Origin: Candidatus Eiseniibacteriota bacterium
GTDB lineage: Bacteria; Eisenbacteria; RBG-16-71-46
Assembly (NCBI GenBank): GCA_044223005.1
Contig: JBGAML010000011.1
Span: 73,169-137,168, forward strand
Length of the DNA: 64,000 bases
Reading direction: 5' to 3'
Shown: in pieces, positions 29,467 through 39,214 of the stretch
Layout of the letters: each line of letters begins with the position of its first letter
Position numbering within the stretch: position 1 is the stretch's first letter
Made by a program: the position numbers and the translations under genes
Notes under the pieces: model-generated
Databases searched by the model: none
The model's input: the letters and a program-made list of their open reading frames with translations, nothing else
What the model was told of the DNA's origin: nothing

Positions 29467-32400
29467 ATGTCCCCACGTGCCCGCCTGCTGCTGCTCGTTC
29501 TCGGAGCCGTCCTCGCGCTCCCGCTGGCCCGGCCCGCGTTCGCCAACTGGGCGAGCGACGGGACGCCCGTCGCGAACAACTCCGGCACCCAGTCCATCGG
29601 GTACCTGTACGACACGCCCGGCAGCGCGGTGGCGCCGGACGGCCGCGGCGGCGTGTTCGTCGCGTACACGACCAACAGCGGTGACTCGATCCGGATCAAC
29701 CACATCGACGGCATCACCGGGAACCGGCTCTGGGGGACCAACGGCCTCAAGGTGAACGAGGGCGGCAACGGCGCCTCCGTGCCGCAGGTGCTTCCCGACA
29801 GCCTGGGTGGCGTCTGGATCGCGTGGCTCGACACCGGCGGTGGCACCACCACCGTGCGCGCGCAGCACTACGACCGCAACGGCGTCGAGATGGGCACCGC
29901 CGGCGGGTTCGCCGCGATGGGCGAGATCGGGACCGCGGTGCCGGGAGGGCCCGTGATCGCGCGTGGCGTGGGCAGCACGCACCTGCTCCTCGCGGCGCGT
30001 TACACCGCTACGGCGGGCGTCCGGGTCGTCGACATCCGGATCCAGGGAAACGGCTTCCTGCCCTTCATCGGCATGCAGGCGCAGGTGAGTACCGACCTCG
30101 TGCCCGCGAGCGCTTCACCGCTGCAGCTCTTCTCCGACGGTGGGGGTGGCGGCTGGATCGTGTGGCCCGCACTCAACTCGCCGCTCGCGGGAATCGGCAC
30201 CTTCGGCCGCATCTCGGCGAACCGGTTCGCGTCCAACGGTGCCGTGCAGTGGGGCGCGAACGGCGTGGTCGTCCAGTCATCCGCCAGCGTGGCCCTCGAC
30301 GACATGGATGCGCTCTCGACCGGGACGGACCTCTACGTCGTCTGGCGCCACACGACGACGACCAGCGACGGCATCCATGCCCAGCGCCTGGATGGCTCGG
30401 GCGTGCTGCAATGGGGCGCGAATACCACCGGCGCGACGGTCGCGGCGTTCCCCGCGACGGCGTGGAGCAACTACCCGGGCGTACTCGCGCAACCGCGGCT
30501 CGCGAGCGACGCGGTGACCGGACTGTGGGTCGCGTGGATCGACGCCCGCGACTACAACCGGCCGGCGCCGAACGGCATCCACCATTTCCAGGACGCGTAC
30601 GTGCAGCGGTTGAGTGGGACGGGAGCGCGCCAGCTCGCGACGGCCGGGGCCCCGATCGACACGATGCCGGGCTCGCTCGAGCAGGTGCGGGTCGAAGCGA
30701 CCGATTCGGGCGCACTGCTGGTGGCCTACCGCTCCTGGCTCTTCGACAACGGGGACATCTATCTGGCGCGCGTCGCGTTCGCGGGCACGATCGTGTGGAG
30801 CGACTGGCTCAACAAGTCCGGCAGTCTCCTGCTCAACGACAACATCCAGACGTCGCCCGTGCTCGCCGCCGACGGCTTCGGTGGCGTCTTCGTGGGCTGG
30901 GACGACAACCGGATTGCGGGAAACCCGGACGTCTACGTCTCGCACCGGACGAGCTCCGGCGGTCTCGGCGGCCCCACGCTCACCGTGACGGCGCCGAACG
31001 GAGGCGAGACGCTGGTTCCCTTCTCGACGTCGAACCTCACGTGGACCAGCACTCAGCTGGGAGACGTCTCCAGCCTCTCCAACATCCGGCTCGAATACGC
31101 GGTCGTGGGCCAGCCGCGCGTCACGATCACCTCCTCCACGGCGAACGACGGCACGTTCGCGTGGGCGGTGCCCGACCTGCGCTCGAACGCGGTGAAGGTG
31201 TACGCCTCCGACGTGACGACCGGGACGATCGCCGACAGCAGCAACGCCGTGTTCTCGGTGTGCAGCTCGCTCGCGCTCACCGACAGCACGACCCTGATGC
31301 TCGGCGCGAACGACGTCCGGCTCGCCGATCTCGACTTCGACGGCGCGCTGGATCTCGTGATTCCGAACGCGATCGGGATCTCGATCTGTCGCGGCACGGG
31401 CACGGGCTCGTTCCGGCCTGCCGAGTCGGTCCTGATCGGCAGCGGCGGCCGCAACGTCGCGGTCGAAGACTTCGACGGGGACGGGCTCCTCGATCTCGCC
31501 GTCACGATCAGCAACTTCGTGAGCGTCCTGCGGGGCCACGGAACGAACGGCCACTGGGACAGCACCTTCACCGCTGCGGTCAACTACCCCGCGGGCCCCG
31601 GCGCACGCGACCTCGTCGCGGCCGACTTCGACGAGGATGGGATCCTCGATCTCGCCGTGCTGGACGGGCTCGCGAACACGGTGTCGATCCTGCGCGGCAA
31701 CGGCGACAATGGCACCGGCGACGCCACGTTCGCCGCACCCGTCGCCTACGCGGTGGGCGTGAGCCCTTCGCGGCTCGTGGCCGGGGACTTCAATGAGGAC
31801 GGCATCCTCGATCTCGCCAACACGAACGGGAATGCGACGACGCCGAGCGTCACCGTGCTGCTCGGCAACGGCAGTGGCGGGAAGGGTGACGGCACGTTCG
31901 CCCCGGCCGTCGCCTACCCGGTCGGCTCGACGCCGATCGGGATCACGTCCGCCGACTTCGATGGAAACGGCATCGCCGATCTGGCGGTGTCGTGCAACTC
32001 GTCCGTGGGTGTGGGCGTCCTGTTCGGCAAAGGCACCGGCGACGTCGGCGACGGCACGTTCGGCGGTGTGAGCAACATCTCGATCGGCGGCAACGCGATC
32101 GACGTGAAGGCCTCGGACGTCGACGCCGACGGCAAGGTCGACCTGGTCGTGATCTCCAACACGCTCCACACGGCGGTGATCCTCCACGGCAACGGCAGCG
32201 GCACGTTCACCACCGGAACGCCGTTCGTGGCGGGCCGCGCCCCGCTCATGCTCGCGATGGGCGACGTGAACGGCGACGGCGAGGTGGATGCCCTCTGCGC
32301 GAACTCGAGCAACACCAATGTGACCGTGCTGCGGGGTGGGTGCCCGAACGTCGGGCCGTCGCAGCTCGTTCTCTCGACTCCGAACGGTGGCGAGTTCCTG

Positions 32401-34614
32401 AGCGTGGGGAACGCCACGACCGTGTTGCACACCCGCTCGGACAACATCCCGCTCGTGGACGTCGAGGTGTCGCGCGACGACGGCGCGCACTGGCGGCCGC
32501 TCGTCCGCAACGCCATGGGCAAGCTGTTCACGTGGGACGTGGCGCCGCCCGTGACGGGTGCCGCACGCCTGCGCGTCGTCGATGCGCAGCGTCGCGGCGT
32601 CTCCGATGCCACGAACGCATCGTTCGTGGTCGCGACGCACGGGATCCTCGTCACGCATCCCTCCGGTGGCACGGTCACGGCGTTCGCGCCGGACACGATT
32701 CGCTGGATCACGCCCGGAACGCCCACCGTGTCGCTGTCGTACCGCATCGGCAACGGTCCCGCGCGGCCGATCGCGAGCAACGTCCCGGGCACGGGCGCGT
32801 TCGCGTGGATGCCGCCGGACACGCAGGTCACCAACCTGCGCGTGATCGTCGCCAGCACGAGTCCGGCCGCGGCCGACACGAGCGCCGAGGACGTCGCGAT
32901 CTGCGAGCGCTTCGACCCGGCGATCCTGCTTCCCTCGGGTGGCTTCCCGTACGACGTGGCGGCCGCCGACTTCGACGGCGACGGCATCGAGGATCTCGTC
33001 GCCGCGACGAACCCCGGCGTGGACGTCCACCTCGGGCTGGGCAGCGGCGGCATCGGCAACGGAACGTTCGCGCCACCCGTGGCCTACCCCACGGAGCAGG
33101 CCGCCACCCGGCTCGCGCTGGGCGACCTCAACGAAGATGGGCGGCCGGACGTGGTGACCAACTCGGCGAGCGGGTTCCAGGTGCTGCTCGATACGAGCGG
33201 GGGTGTGCTCGGCACGGCCACGGGCTTCGGGAACGCGGACACGACTCTCGACGTCGCGATCGGCGACGCCGATCTCGACGGCATCGAGGACGTGTTCGCC
33301 TCGGAACCGGGCACGTCCCGGATCGAGACGCGTTTCGGCACGGGCCAGAACGGCGTCGGTGACGGCGGCTTCGGCGGCCAGGCCGTGCTCTCCTGCCCGA
33401 TCGCTCCGGGGCGCATCTGCGTCGTCGATGTGGACCAGGACGGCGATCTCGACGTCATCGCCACGCAGAAGTCGACGGGGGCCGTCATGGTCGCGCTCGG
33501 CGGCTTCACGGGAAGCAATCACCACTACGTTCCGGGCGCCGGCGGGACGACTGTCTACGACCTGACGCACCTCCTCGGGGCGCCCACGATCGCGGACTTC
33601 GACGGCGACGGCGTGCTCGACATCGCCGTTTCGACGACGAACATGCTGCGGATCCTGCCGGGACTCGCCGTCAACGGCCACCCGATGGGCATCTTCGGCC
33701 TTCCCACCGACGGCCTGCTGCCCAACGTCCTGGGGGACGAGCTCGCCGTCGCGGACCTCAACGGAGATGCGCTCCCGGACCTCGTCGCGAACACCGCCGA
33801 CGGTGGCAGGGGCCTGCGGGGCATGCTCAACCGTGGCGGGTTCGTGTTCGAGTACGTCGGCGAAGCCTTCACCGGACTGCCCACGGTGCGAGGCCTGCTC
33901 CTTTCGGACTTCAATCGGGACGGCAGCCCCGACGTCGTGCTCGGCGGGGCGGCCACGCCCGGGCTCGCGCTGCTGGCCGGCGACCCGTGCACGAGCTTCT
34001 CGCGCTTCGTCTCGTTCACGCCGCCCGCGCCGGGCGCAGTGACTGGCGCGAGCCCCGCGGCGGCCGCGACCACGTGGGCCGTCGACGAAACGCACGCTCT
34101 CACGTGGACCAAGAGCCCGAACGTGTTCCTCGTGGACCTGCAGGCGTCGCGGAACGGCGGCGCCACGTGGGAGACGATCGCGCGCGACGTGCCCGGCACG
34201 TCGTTCGCGTGGACCGTGACGCGCCCGGCCACGTCGTCGCTCACGTTCCGTGCACGCGACGCGGCGAGCACGCTCACCAGCGCTCCGACCGTCACGCCGG
34301 TCGTCGTGACCGATCCGGTGGCGGGCGTCGGCGACGCGCTGCCGGTGTCGGTCGCGTTCTCGGCCGCGTGGCCGAACCCCTCGCACGGGGACGTCCGCTT
34401 CGAGCTCGGGCTGCCGCGAGCACAGGCCGTGGACGTCACGGTGTACGACGTCGCGGGCCGCGAAGTCGGCGTGCTCGCGCGCGGCGTCCTGCCCGCGGGC
34501 CGTCATGCGCTGTGCTGGGACGCGGGGCACGGGAGCGCGCCCGCGGGCGTCTACCTCGTGCGCGCTCGCACCGAAGGTCTGGACGCGGTGCGCCGGATCG
34601 TGCGCGTTCGCTGA
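29467..34614 (+). CDS. large secreted FG-GAP/VCBS repeat protein with T9SS/FlgD-like C-terminal domain
   Basis: Signal peptide; many DFDGDG.LDL repeats in two blocks; PNGGE Ig-like domains; WPNPS...VYDVAGREV...AGVYLVR tail. Confidence 0.92.
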   Translation: MSPRARLLLLVLGAVLALPLARPAFANWASDGTPVANNSGTQSIGYLYDTPGSAVAPDGRGGVFVAYTTNSGDSIRINHIDGITGNRLWGTNGLKVNEGGNGASVPQVLPDSLGGVWIAWLDTGGGTTTVRAQHYDRNGVEMGTAGGFAAMGEIGTAVPGGPVIARGVGSTHLLLAARYTATAGVRVVDIRIQGNGFLPFIGMQAQVSTDLVPASASPLQLFSDGGGGGWIVWPALNSPLAGIGTFGRISANRFASNGAVQWGANGVVVQSSASVALDDMDALSTGTDLYVVWRHTTTTSDGIHAQRLDGSGVLQWGANTTGATVAAFPATAWSNYPGVLAQPRLASDAVTGLWVAWIDARDYNRPAPNGIHHFQDAYVQRLSGTGARQLATAGAPIDTMPGSLEQVRVEATDSGALLVAYRSWLFDNGDIYLARVAFAGTIVWSDWLNKSGSLLLNDNIQTSPVLAADGFGGVFVGWDDNRIAGNPDVYVSHRTSSGGLGGPTLTVTAPNGGETLVPFSTSNLTWTSTQLGDVSSLSNIRLEYAVVGQPRVTITSSTANDGTFAWAVPDLRSNAVKVYASDVTTGTIADSSNAVFSVCSSLALTDSTTLMLGANDVRLADLDFDGALDLVIPNAIGISICRGTGTGSFRPAESVLIGSGGRNVAVEDFDGDGLLDLAVTISNFVSVLRGHGTNGHWDSTFTAAVNYPAGPGARDLVAADFDEDGILDLAVLDGLANTVSILRGNGDNGTGDATFAAPVAYAVGVSPSRLVAGDFNEDGILDLANTNGNATTPSVTVLLGNGSGGKGDGTFAPAVAYPVGSTPIGITSADFDGNGIADLAVSCNSSVGVGVLFGKGTGDVGDGTFGGVSNISIGGNAIDVKASDVDADGKVDLVVISNTLHTAVILHGNGSGTFTTGTPFVAGRAPLMLAMGDVNGDGEVDALCANSSNTNVTVLRGGCPNVGPSQLVLSTPNGGEFLSVGNATTVLHTRSDNIPLVDVEVSRDDGAHWRPLVRNAMGKLFTWDVAPPVTGAARLRVVDAQRRGVSDATNASFVVATHGILVTHPSGGTVTAFAPDTIRWITPGTPTVSLSYRIGNGPARPIASNVPGTGAFAWMPPDTQVTNLRVIVASTSPAAADTSAEDVAICERFDPAILLPSGGFPYDVAAADFDGDGIEDLVAATNPGVDVHLGLGSGGIGNGTFAPPVAYPTEQAATRLALGDLNEDGRPDVVTNSASGFQVLLDTSGGVLGTATGFGNADTTLDVAIGDADLDGIEDVFASEPGTSRIETRFGTGQNGVGDGGFGGQAVLSCPIAPGRICVVDVDQDGDLDVIATQKSTGAVMVALGGFTGSNHHYVPGAGGTTVYDLTHLLGAPTIADFDGDGVLDIAVSTTNMLRILPGLAVNGHPMGIFGLPTDGLLPNVLGDELAVADLNGDALPDLVANTADGGRGLRGMLNRGGFVFEYVGEAFTGLPTVRGLLLSDFNRDGSPDVVLGGAATPGLALLAGDPCTSFSRFVSFTPPAPGAVTGASPAAAATTWAVDETHALTWTKSPNVFLVDLQASRNGGATWETIARDVPGTSFAWTVTRPATSSLTFRARDAASTLTSAPTVTPVVVTDPVAGVGDALPVSVAFSAAWPNPSHGDVRFELGLPRAQAVDVTVYDVAGREVGVLARGVLPAGRHALCWDAGHGSAPAGVYLVRARTEGLDAVRRIVRVR

Positions 34615-34636
34615 CGCGCCTCGCGCAGGAACGAAT

Positions 34637-34666
34637 CGGCGGCCGGCTCGAGCGAGCCGGCCGCCG
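34637..34666. terminator. hairpin between convergent genes
   Basis: cggcggccggctcg-ag-cgagccggccgccg inverted repeat. Confidence 0.7.
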
Positions 34667-34686
34667 TTCGCGTGCCGTGCGTGCCG

Positions 34687-36879
34687 TTACGCCGTCACCG
34701 GGTCGTCGAGCCGCAGCGTGAGCGAGGCGCGCCGGCGCGCGAGGTCCACGCCCAGTACCTTGGCCGTGACCACGTCGCCGGCCTTCACCACCTCGCGCGG
34801 ATCCTTCACGAAACGCTTCGCGAGCTTGGAGACGTGCACGAGCCCGTCCTGGTGCACGCCCACGTCCACGAACGCGCCGAAGTTGGTGACGTTGGTCACC
34901 ACGCCCTCGAGCACCATGCCGGGCTTCAAGTCCTCGAGCTCGCGCACGTCGTCGCGGAACGACGCGGTGCGGAACTCGGGGCGTGGATCGCGGCCGGGCC
35001 TCTCGAGCTCGGCGAGGATGTCCTTCACCGTCGGCACGCCGAAACGCTCGTCGGTCAGCTCGCGCGGGTCGAGCTTGCGCAGGAACGCGCCGTCCCCGAT
35101 CACCTGTTCGATCGGCCGGCCCGTGCGCTGGAGCAGCCGCTCCACGACGGGGTAGGCCTCGGGGTGCACGGCCGACGCGTCGAGCGGATTGGCGCCGCCG
35201 CGGATGCGCAGGAAGCCGGCGGCCTGCTCGAACGCCTTCTCGCCGAGCCGCGGCACCTTCAGCAGGGCGCGCCGGTCCGGGAACGGGCCGTGCGCGTCGC
35301 GGTGCTCCACGATGCGCTGCGCGAGCGAGCTGTTGAGGCCCGAGACGCGCGCGAGCAACGGCGCGGAGGCGGTGTTGAGCTCGACGCCGACCGCGTTCAC
35401 GCAGTCCTCGACCGTCGCGTCGAGCGCGCGGGCGAGCTGCACCGGGTTCACGTCGTGCTGGTACTGGCCGACGCCGATCGACTTGGGGTCGATCTTCACC
35501 AGCTCCGCCAGCGGGTCCTGCAGCCGTCGGGCGATCGACACGGCGCCGCGCAGGCTGACGTCGAGGTCGGGGAACTCGCGCGCCGCGAGTTCGCTGGCCG
35601 AGTAGACGGACGCGCCGGCCTCGGACACGACCACGCGCGAGAGGCGCAGCTCGGGATGCCGCTGCTGGAGATCGGCGGCGAGCTGGTCGGTCTCGCGCGA
35701 GGCGGTGCCGTTGCCGATGCTCACGAGCGCGACGCCGTGCCGCGCCGCGAGCTTCGCGAGCGTGGTGAGCGAGCCGTCGCGATCGTGCCGCGGCGCGTGC
35801 GGATAGATCGTCGCGGTCTCGAGCAGCTTGCCGGTGCCGTCGACCACCGCGACCTTGACGCCCGTGCGCAGGCCGGGATCGAGGCCCATCGTCGGCCGCG
35901 CGCCCGCGGGGGCGGCGAGCAGCAGGTCGCGCAGGTTGAGGCCGAACACGCGGATCGCCTCCTGCTCGGCCGCCGCGCGCAGTTCGCCGATCAGGTCGAC
36001 CTCGAGGTGGATCATCATCCGCGCGCGCCACGCGAGCCGCACGGTGTCGGCGAGCCAGCGGTCGGCCGCGCGGCCGCGATTCGCGACCCCGACGTGGGCC
36101 GCGACCGCGGCCTCGAACGCCGACGGCTCGCCCTCGGCGCGCGCCGGCTCGGGTTCGAGCGCGACGTCGAGCAGCCCGAGCGAGCGCCCGCGCAGCAGCG
36201 CGAGCGCGCGGTGCGACGGGATGCGGTGGAGCGGCTCGGAGTAGTCGAAGTAGTCGGCGAAGCGCGCGGCCTCGGCCTGCTGCTCGGGTTTCAGGTCCTT
36301 CGTCGCCTTCGCGCGCATCGCGCCTTCGCGGCGCACGCGCTCGCGCAGCCGGCCGACCAGCGCGGCGTCTTCGGAGAAGCGCTCGATCAGGATCTGCCGC
36401 GCGCCCTCGAGCGCCGCCTTCGCGTCGGCGAAGCCGGCCTCGGCGTTCAGGAACGCGCCCGCGGCCGCTTCGGGCTCGGTCTCGGGCGCACCGAGCAGAG
36501 TGCTCGCGAGCGGTTCGAGCCCGGCCTCGCGCGCGATTTGCGCCTTGGTGCGGCGCTTGGGCTTGTAGGGAAGGTAGAGATCCTCGAGCGCCGTCTTGGT
36601 CTCGGCGCCGCGCACGGCTTCCTCCAGCGCGGGTGTGAGCTTGCCCTGTTCGCCGATGCTCGCGAGGATCGCCGTGCGGCGCTCCTCGAGTTCGCGCAGG
36701 TAGCCGAGGCGTTCCTCGAGCGTGCGCAGCTGCGTGTCGTCGAGGCCGCCGGTGGCTTCCTTGCGGTAGCGGGCGACGAAAGGGACGGTGGCACCGCCGT
36801 CGAGCAGTGCGACGGCGGCTTCGACCTGGGCGGGACGGGCGGTGAGTTCCTTCGCGATGCGTTCGGAGATGGAGAGCAT
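34687..36879 (-). CDS. tex: Tex/YhgF transcription accessory protein
   Basis: [49 protein letters not shown]-terminal S1 domain. Confidence 0.96.
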   Translation of the reverse strand: MLSISERIAKELTARPAQVEAAVALLDGGATVPFVARYRKEATGGLDDTQLRTLEERLGYLRELEERRTAILASIGEQGKLTPALEEAVRGAETKTALEDLYLPYKPKRRTKAQIAREAGLEPLASTLLGAPETEPEAAAGAFLNAEAGFADAKAALEGARQILIERFSEDAALVGRLRERVRREGAMRAKATKDLKPEQQAEAARFADYFDYSEPLHRIPSHRALALLRGRSLGLLDVALEPEPARAEGEPSAFEAAVAAHVGVANRGRAADRWLADTVRLAWRARMMIHLEVDLIGELRAAAEQEAIRVFGLNLRDLLLAAPAGARPTMGLDPGLRTGVKVAVVDGTGKLLETATIYPHAPRHDRDGSLTTLAKLAARHGVALVSIGNGTASRETDQLAADLQQRHPELRLSRVVVSEAGASVYSASELAAREFPDLDVSLRGAVSIARRLQDPLAELVKIDPKSIGVGQYQHDVNPVQLARALDATVEDCVNAVGVELNTASAPLLARVSGLNSSLAQRIVEHRDAHGPFPDRRALLKVPRLGEKAFEQAAGFLRIRGGANPLDASAVHPEAYPVVERLLQRTGRPIEQVIGDGAFLRKLDPRELTDERFGVPTVKDILAELERPGRDPRPEFRTASFRDDVRELEDLKPGMVLEGVVTNVTNFGAFVDVGVHQDGLVHVSKLAKRFVKDPREVVKAGDVVTAKVLGVDLARRRASLTLRLDDPVTA

Positions 36880-36935
36880 CTTCGCTTTCTAGCCGAAGAC
36901 GCCTCGCCGTGCCAAGTGCGAACCGCGCGTGGCGT

Positions 36936-38507
36936 TCAGCGCGTGAGCTGGAACACCACCGCGCCGCGCCACGTGTCCGGCGTGCCGGTGCTCCACACGC
37001 GGCCCGCGCGCAGCTCGAAGTCGACGCCGCCCGAAGGCCACCAGCGCGCCGATGCGTCCACGCTGCGCGTGCGCGTGACGGGCGCGGCGAGCGAGCCGAC
37101 GTCGGGCACGGGCGTGCCGAACACGAACGGATCCGCGAGGCCCTCGGCGCCGTGCTCGGTGCGCGCGGCGATCACCCCGAACGACCAGTCCGCGTCGGGA
37201 TCCCACGTGACGCGTGCGCGGAAGCGCCGCGAGCCGGGGCCGGTGGGAAAGCCCAGCGGCCGGCCCTGCGCCGCGTAGCTGCGCCCGAAGTACGACGTGT
37301 AGACGTAGCGCGAGAGCCACGTGCCCTCGACGTTCCACGCGAGCCGCGTGCCGCTCACGTCGCCGGTGCCGCTCCAGCCGGCCTGCCAGGCGTACTTGTC
37401 CGGGTTGCTGCCGACGCGCGCGTGCAGGTCGTCGACCAGCACCTCGCCGTAGATCCGCGAGCCGTCGGCGATGCGCAGCGACGCGTCGGCGGCGACCATG
37501 ACGTTGTTGCGCAGCGCGTCGGTGGAATCGCGGTGGTCCTGGTCGAGCAGCTTCTGCACGATCGCGTACGGGATCACGCCGGCGAGGTAGAGCCCCTGCC
37601 AGCCGCCCGCGCGGTAGCGCGCGGCCTCGCTCAGCCCGAGCCGCGCCCACACGCGCGGCTGCCACTCCACGCGGTGCGCGGCGAGCTGCTCGCCGGTGCC
37701 GGGATCGACCGTGGCGTTGAGCACGAAGCCGTCGGCGCGCAGAGGCCGCAGGTGCGCCGCGAGCGCGAGCCCCGAGATCGGCGCCATGGTGCGCGAGAGC
37801 AGCAGCGAGCCCTCTTCGCCCGGTCCCCACGCCCAGCGGCTGCGCCCGAGTTGCGCGCTCCACGCGTCGCCGGCCGTGTAGGCGAGGTAGCTCTCCTCGG
37901 TGCTGGTCGCGAAATTCGTGTTGGTGACGAGCGCGTCGCCGAACGCACCGACGCCGCGCAACTCGCCGAAGTAGAGGTGCGAGTACGCGAGCCAGCGGTC
38001 GAGCCGGACGCCCGTGCGCACGTGCAGGCCCGTGCCGTCGACGGCGCGCGCGTCGTCGTGGCCCGCGGCGCGCGTGAAATCGCCCTCGCCCTCGAGCCCG
38101 GCCGAGAGCTCCATGCGCAACCGGTCCTCCGGCCAGTCGCCGGTCGCGACGCGCGGCCACGTGGGCAGCGGATCCGGCGTGGCGTGGAACGCTTCGTCGC
38201 GATGCAGCGCGCGCAGCACGCGCGTGAGCGCGATCCCGCGCGCCCCCGTCGGGATCGCGAGCCGGGAGTCGCCGGACGCGGGCGGCCGCAGGATCTCCGC
38301 CACCTGCCACGGCCCCGAGCCCAGGTGGGGGAGCGCCACGCGGCCCGGCGCGAGCGCGGGATCGTAGAGGTCGAGCACGCGCAGTTCGGCGAGCACGCGA
38401 TCGTTCACGGGCACGAACTGCTCGGGCACGGCGAGCGCCTGGCGCGGCCCGAGCACGGTCGCGCAGAGGAGGGCGGCGAGAGCGGAAGTGGCGCGGCGGA
38501 TTCGCAT
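36936..38507 (-). CDS. capsule assembly Wzi-family outer-membrane protein
   Basis: Signal peptide; QLGRSRWAWGPGEEGSLLLS, LAAHRVEW, LGLSEA, YGEVLVDD, PLGFPTGP. Confidence 0.75.
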   Translation of the reverse strand: MRIRRATSALAALLCATVLGPRQALAVPEQFVPVNDRVLAELRVLDLYDPALAPGRVALPHLGSGPWQVAEILRPPASGDSRLAIPTGARGIALTRVLRALHRDEAFHATPDPLPTWPRVATGDWPEDRLRMELSAGLEGEGDFTRAAGHDDARAVDGTGLHVRTGVRLDRWLAYSHLYFGELRGVGAFGDALVTNTNFATSTEESYLAYTAGDAWSAQLGRSRWAWGPGEEGSLLLSRTMAPISGLALAAHLRPLRADGFVLNATVDPGTGEQLAAHRVEWQPRVWARLGLSEAARYRAGGWQGLYLAGVIPYAIVQKLLDQDHRDSTDALRNNVMVAADASLRIADGSRIYGEVLVDDLHARVGSNPDKYAWQAGWSGTGDVSGTRLAWNVEGTWLSRYVYTSYFGRSYAAQGRPLGFPTGPGSRRFRARVTWDPDADWSFGVIAARTEHGAEGLADPFVFGTPVPDVGSLAAPVTRTRSVDASARWWPSGGVDFELRAGRVWSTGTPDTWRGAVVFQLTR

Positions 38508-38553
38508 GGCGCGCGATGCTAGGGACGATGCGCGCGGGGCGCAACGCGGCGCG

Positions 38554-38582
38554 TTGACCCGGCCGTACGCGCGTCCTAACGT
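38554..38582 (+). promoter_or_regulatory. sigma70-type promoter
   Basis: TTGACC-N17-TAACGT. Confidence 0.5.
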
Positions 38583-38668
38583 CGCGTGCGTGCATGTCCC
38601 GGATCCGCCGCGCCGGCCCCGCTCGCGGAAGTCTTCCGGGAACGTGCGGACGCACGCTCGGAGTGCGC

Positions 38669-39052
38669 ATGCCGGTGACGTGGAGCCTTTCGGACGACGG
38701 CCGGATGCTGACGGTCGCCGGTCGCGGCGTGGTGACCGAGGCCGAGTACTTCGGCGCTCACGCCGAGTTCTTCACGGCGACCTCGGGCGCCGTGCAGCCC
38801 GGGCGCGTGCTCGCGGACTGGACCGACGTCACCGAGATCCGCATCTCCAGCGACTCGCTCTGGCGCAGCACGTCGATGACGCGCGAGCAGCAGGGGCCCC
38901 GCCTGCAGGGCGGACGCATGGCGCTCGTCGCCTCGTCGCCCAGCGTGTACGGCATGTGCCGCCAGTGGCAGGCGATGATCGCGGACACGGGCCTCGAATG
39001 CCTCGTGTTCGCCGATCGCGACGCCGCGCGCGCCTGGTTGCTGCGGCCATGA
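38669..39052 (+). CDS. hypothetical protein, STAS/SEC14 (SpoIIAA-like) fold
   Basis: VLADWTDV...RMALVASSPSVYGMCR...VFADRDAARAWL pattern. Confidence 0.65.
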   Translation: MPVTWSLSDDGRMLTVAGRGVVTEAEYFGAHAEFFTATSGAVQPGRVLADWTDVTEIRISSDSLWRSTSMTREQQGPRLQGGRMALVASSPSVYGMCRQWQAMIADTGLECLVFADRDAARAWLLRP

Positions 39053-39091
39053 ACCGCACGGCGGCTCCGGGGACGCCCGGGCGGCCCGGAT

Positions 39092-39121
39092 TTGACCCGC
39101 GGCCGGGGCGGCCGGTAACGT
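39092..39121 (+). promoter_or_regulatory. sigma70-type promoter of valS
   Basis: TTGACC-N18-TAACGT. Confidence 0.5.
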
Positions 39122-39214
39122 CGCCCGCCACGTCTTCGGCCCGGCAGGCCGGGGCGGCCCCGAGCCGCCCGCGCCACGCGCCCGCCGCCGGGCCCTTCGC
39201 CAGGAGGCCCGCCT

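Noticed and set aside
31300..33950. Recurrent GACTTCGACGGCGACGG-like repeats as a CRISPR or DGR array
   Set aside because: In-frame degenerate FG-GAP coding repeats with irregular spacing; no cas or RT gene
39053..39214. T-box or riboswitch upstream of valS
   Set aside because: Leader is short and has no T-box consensus or terminator
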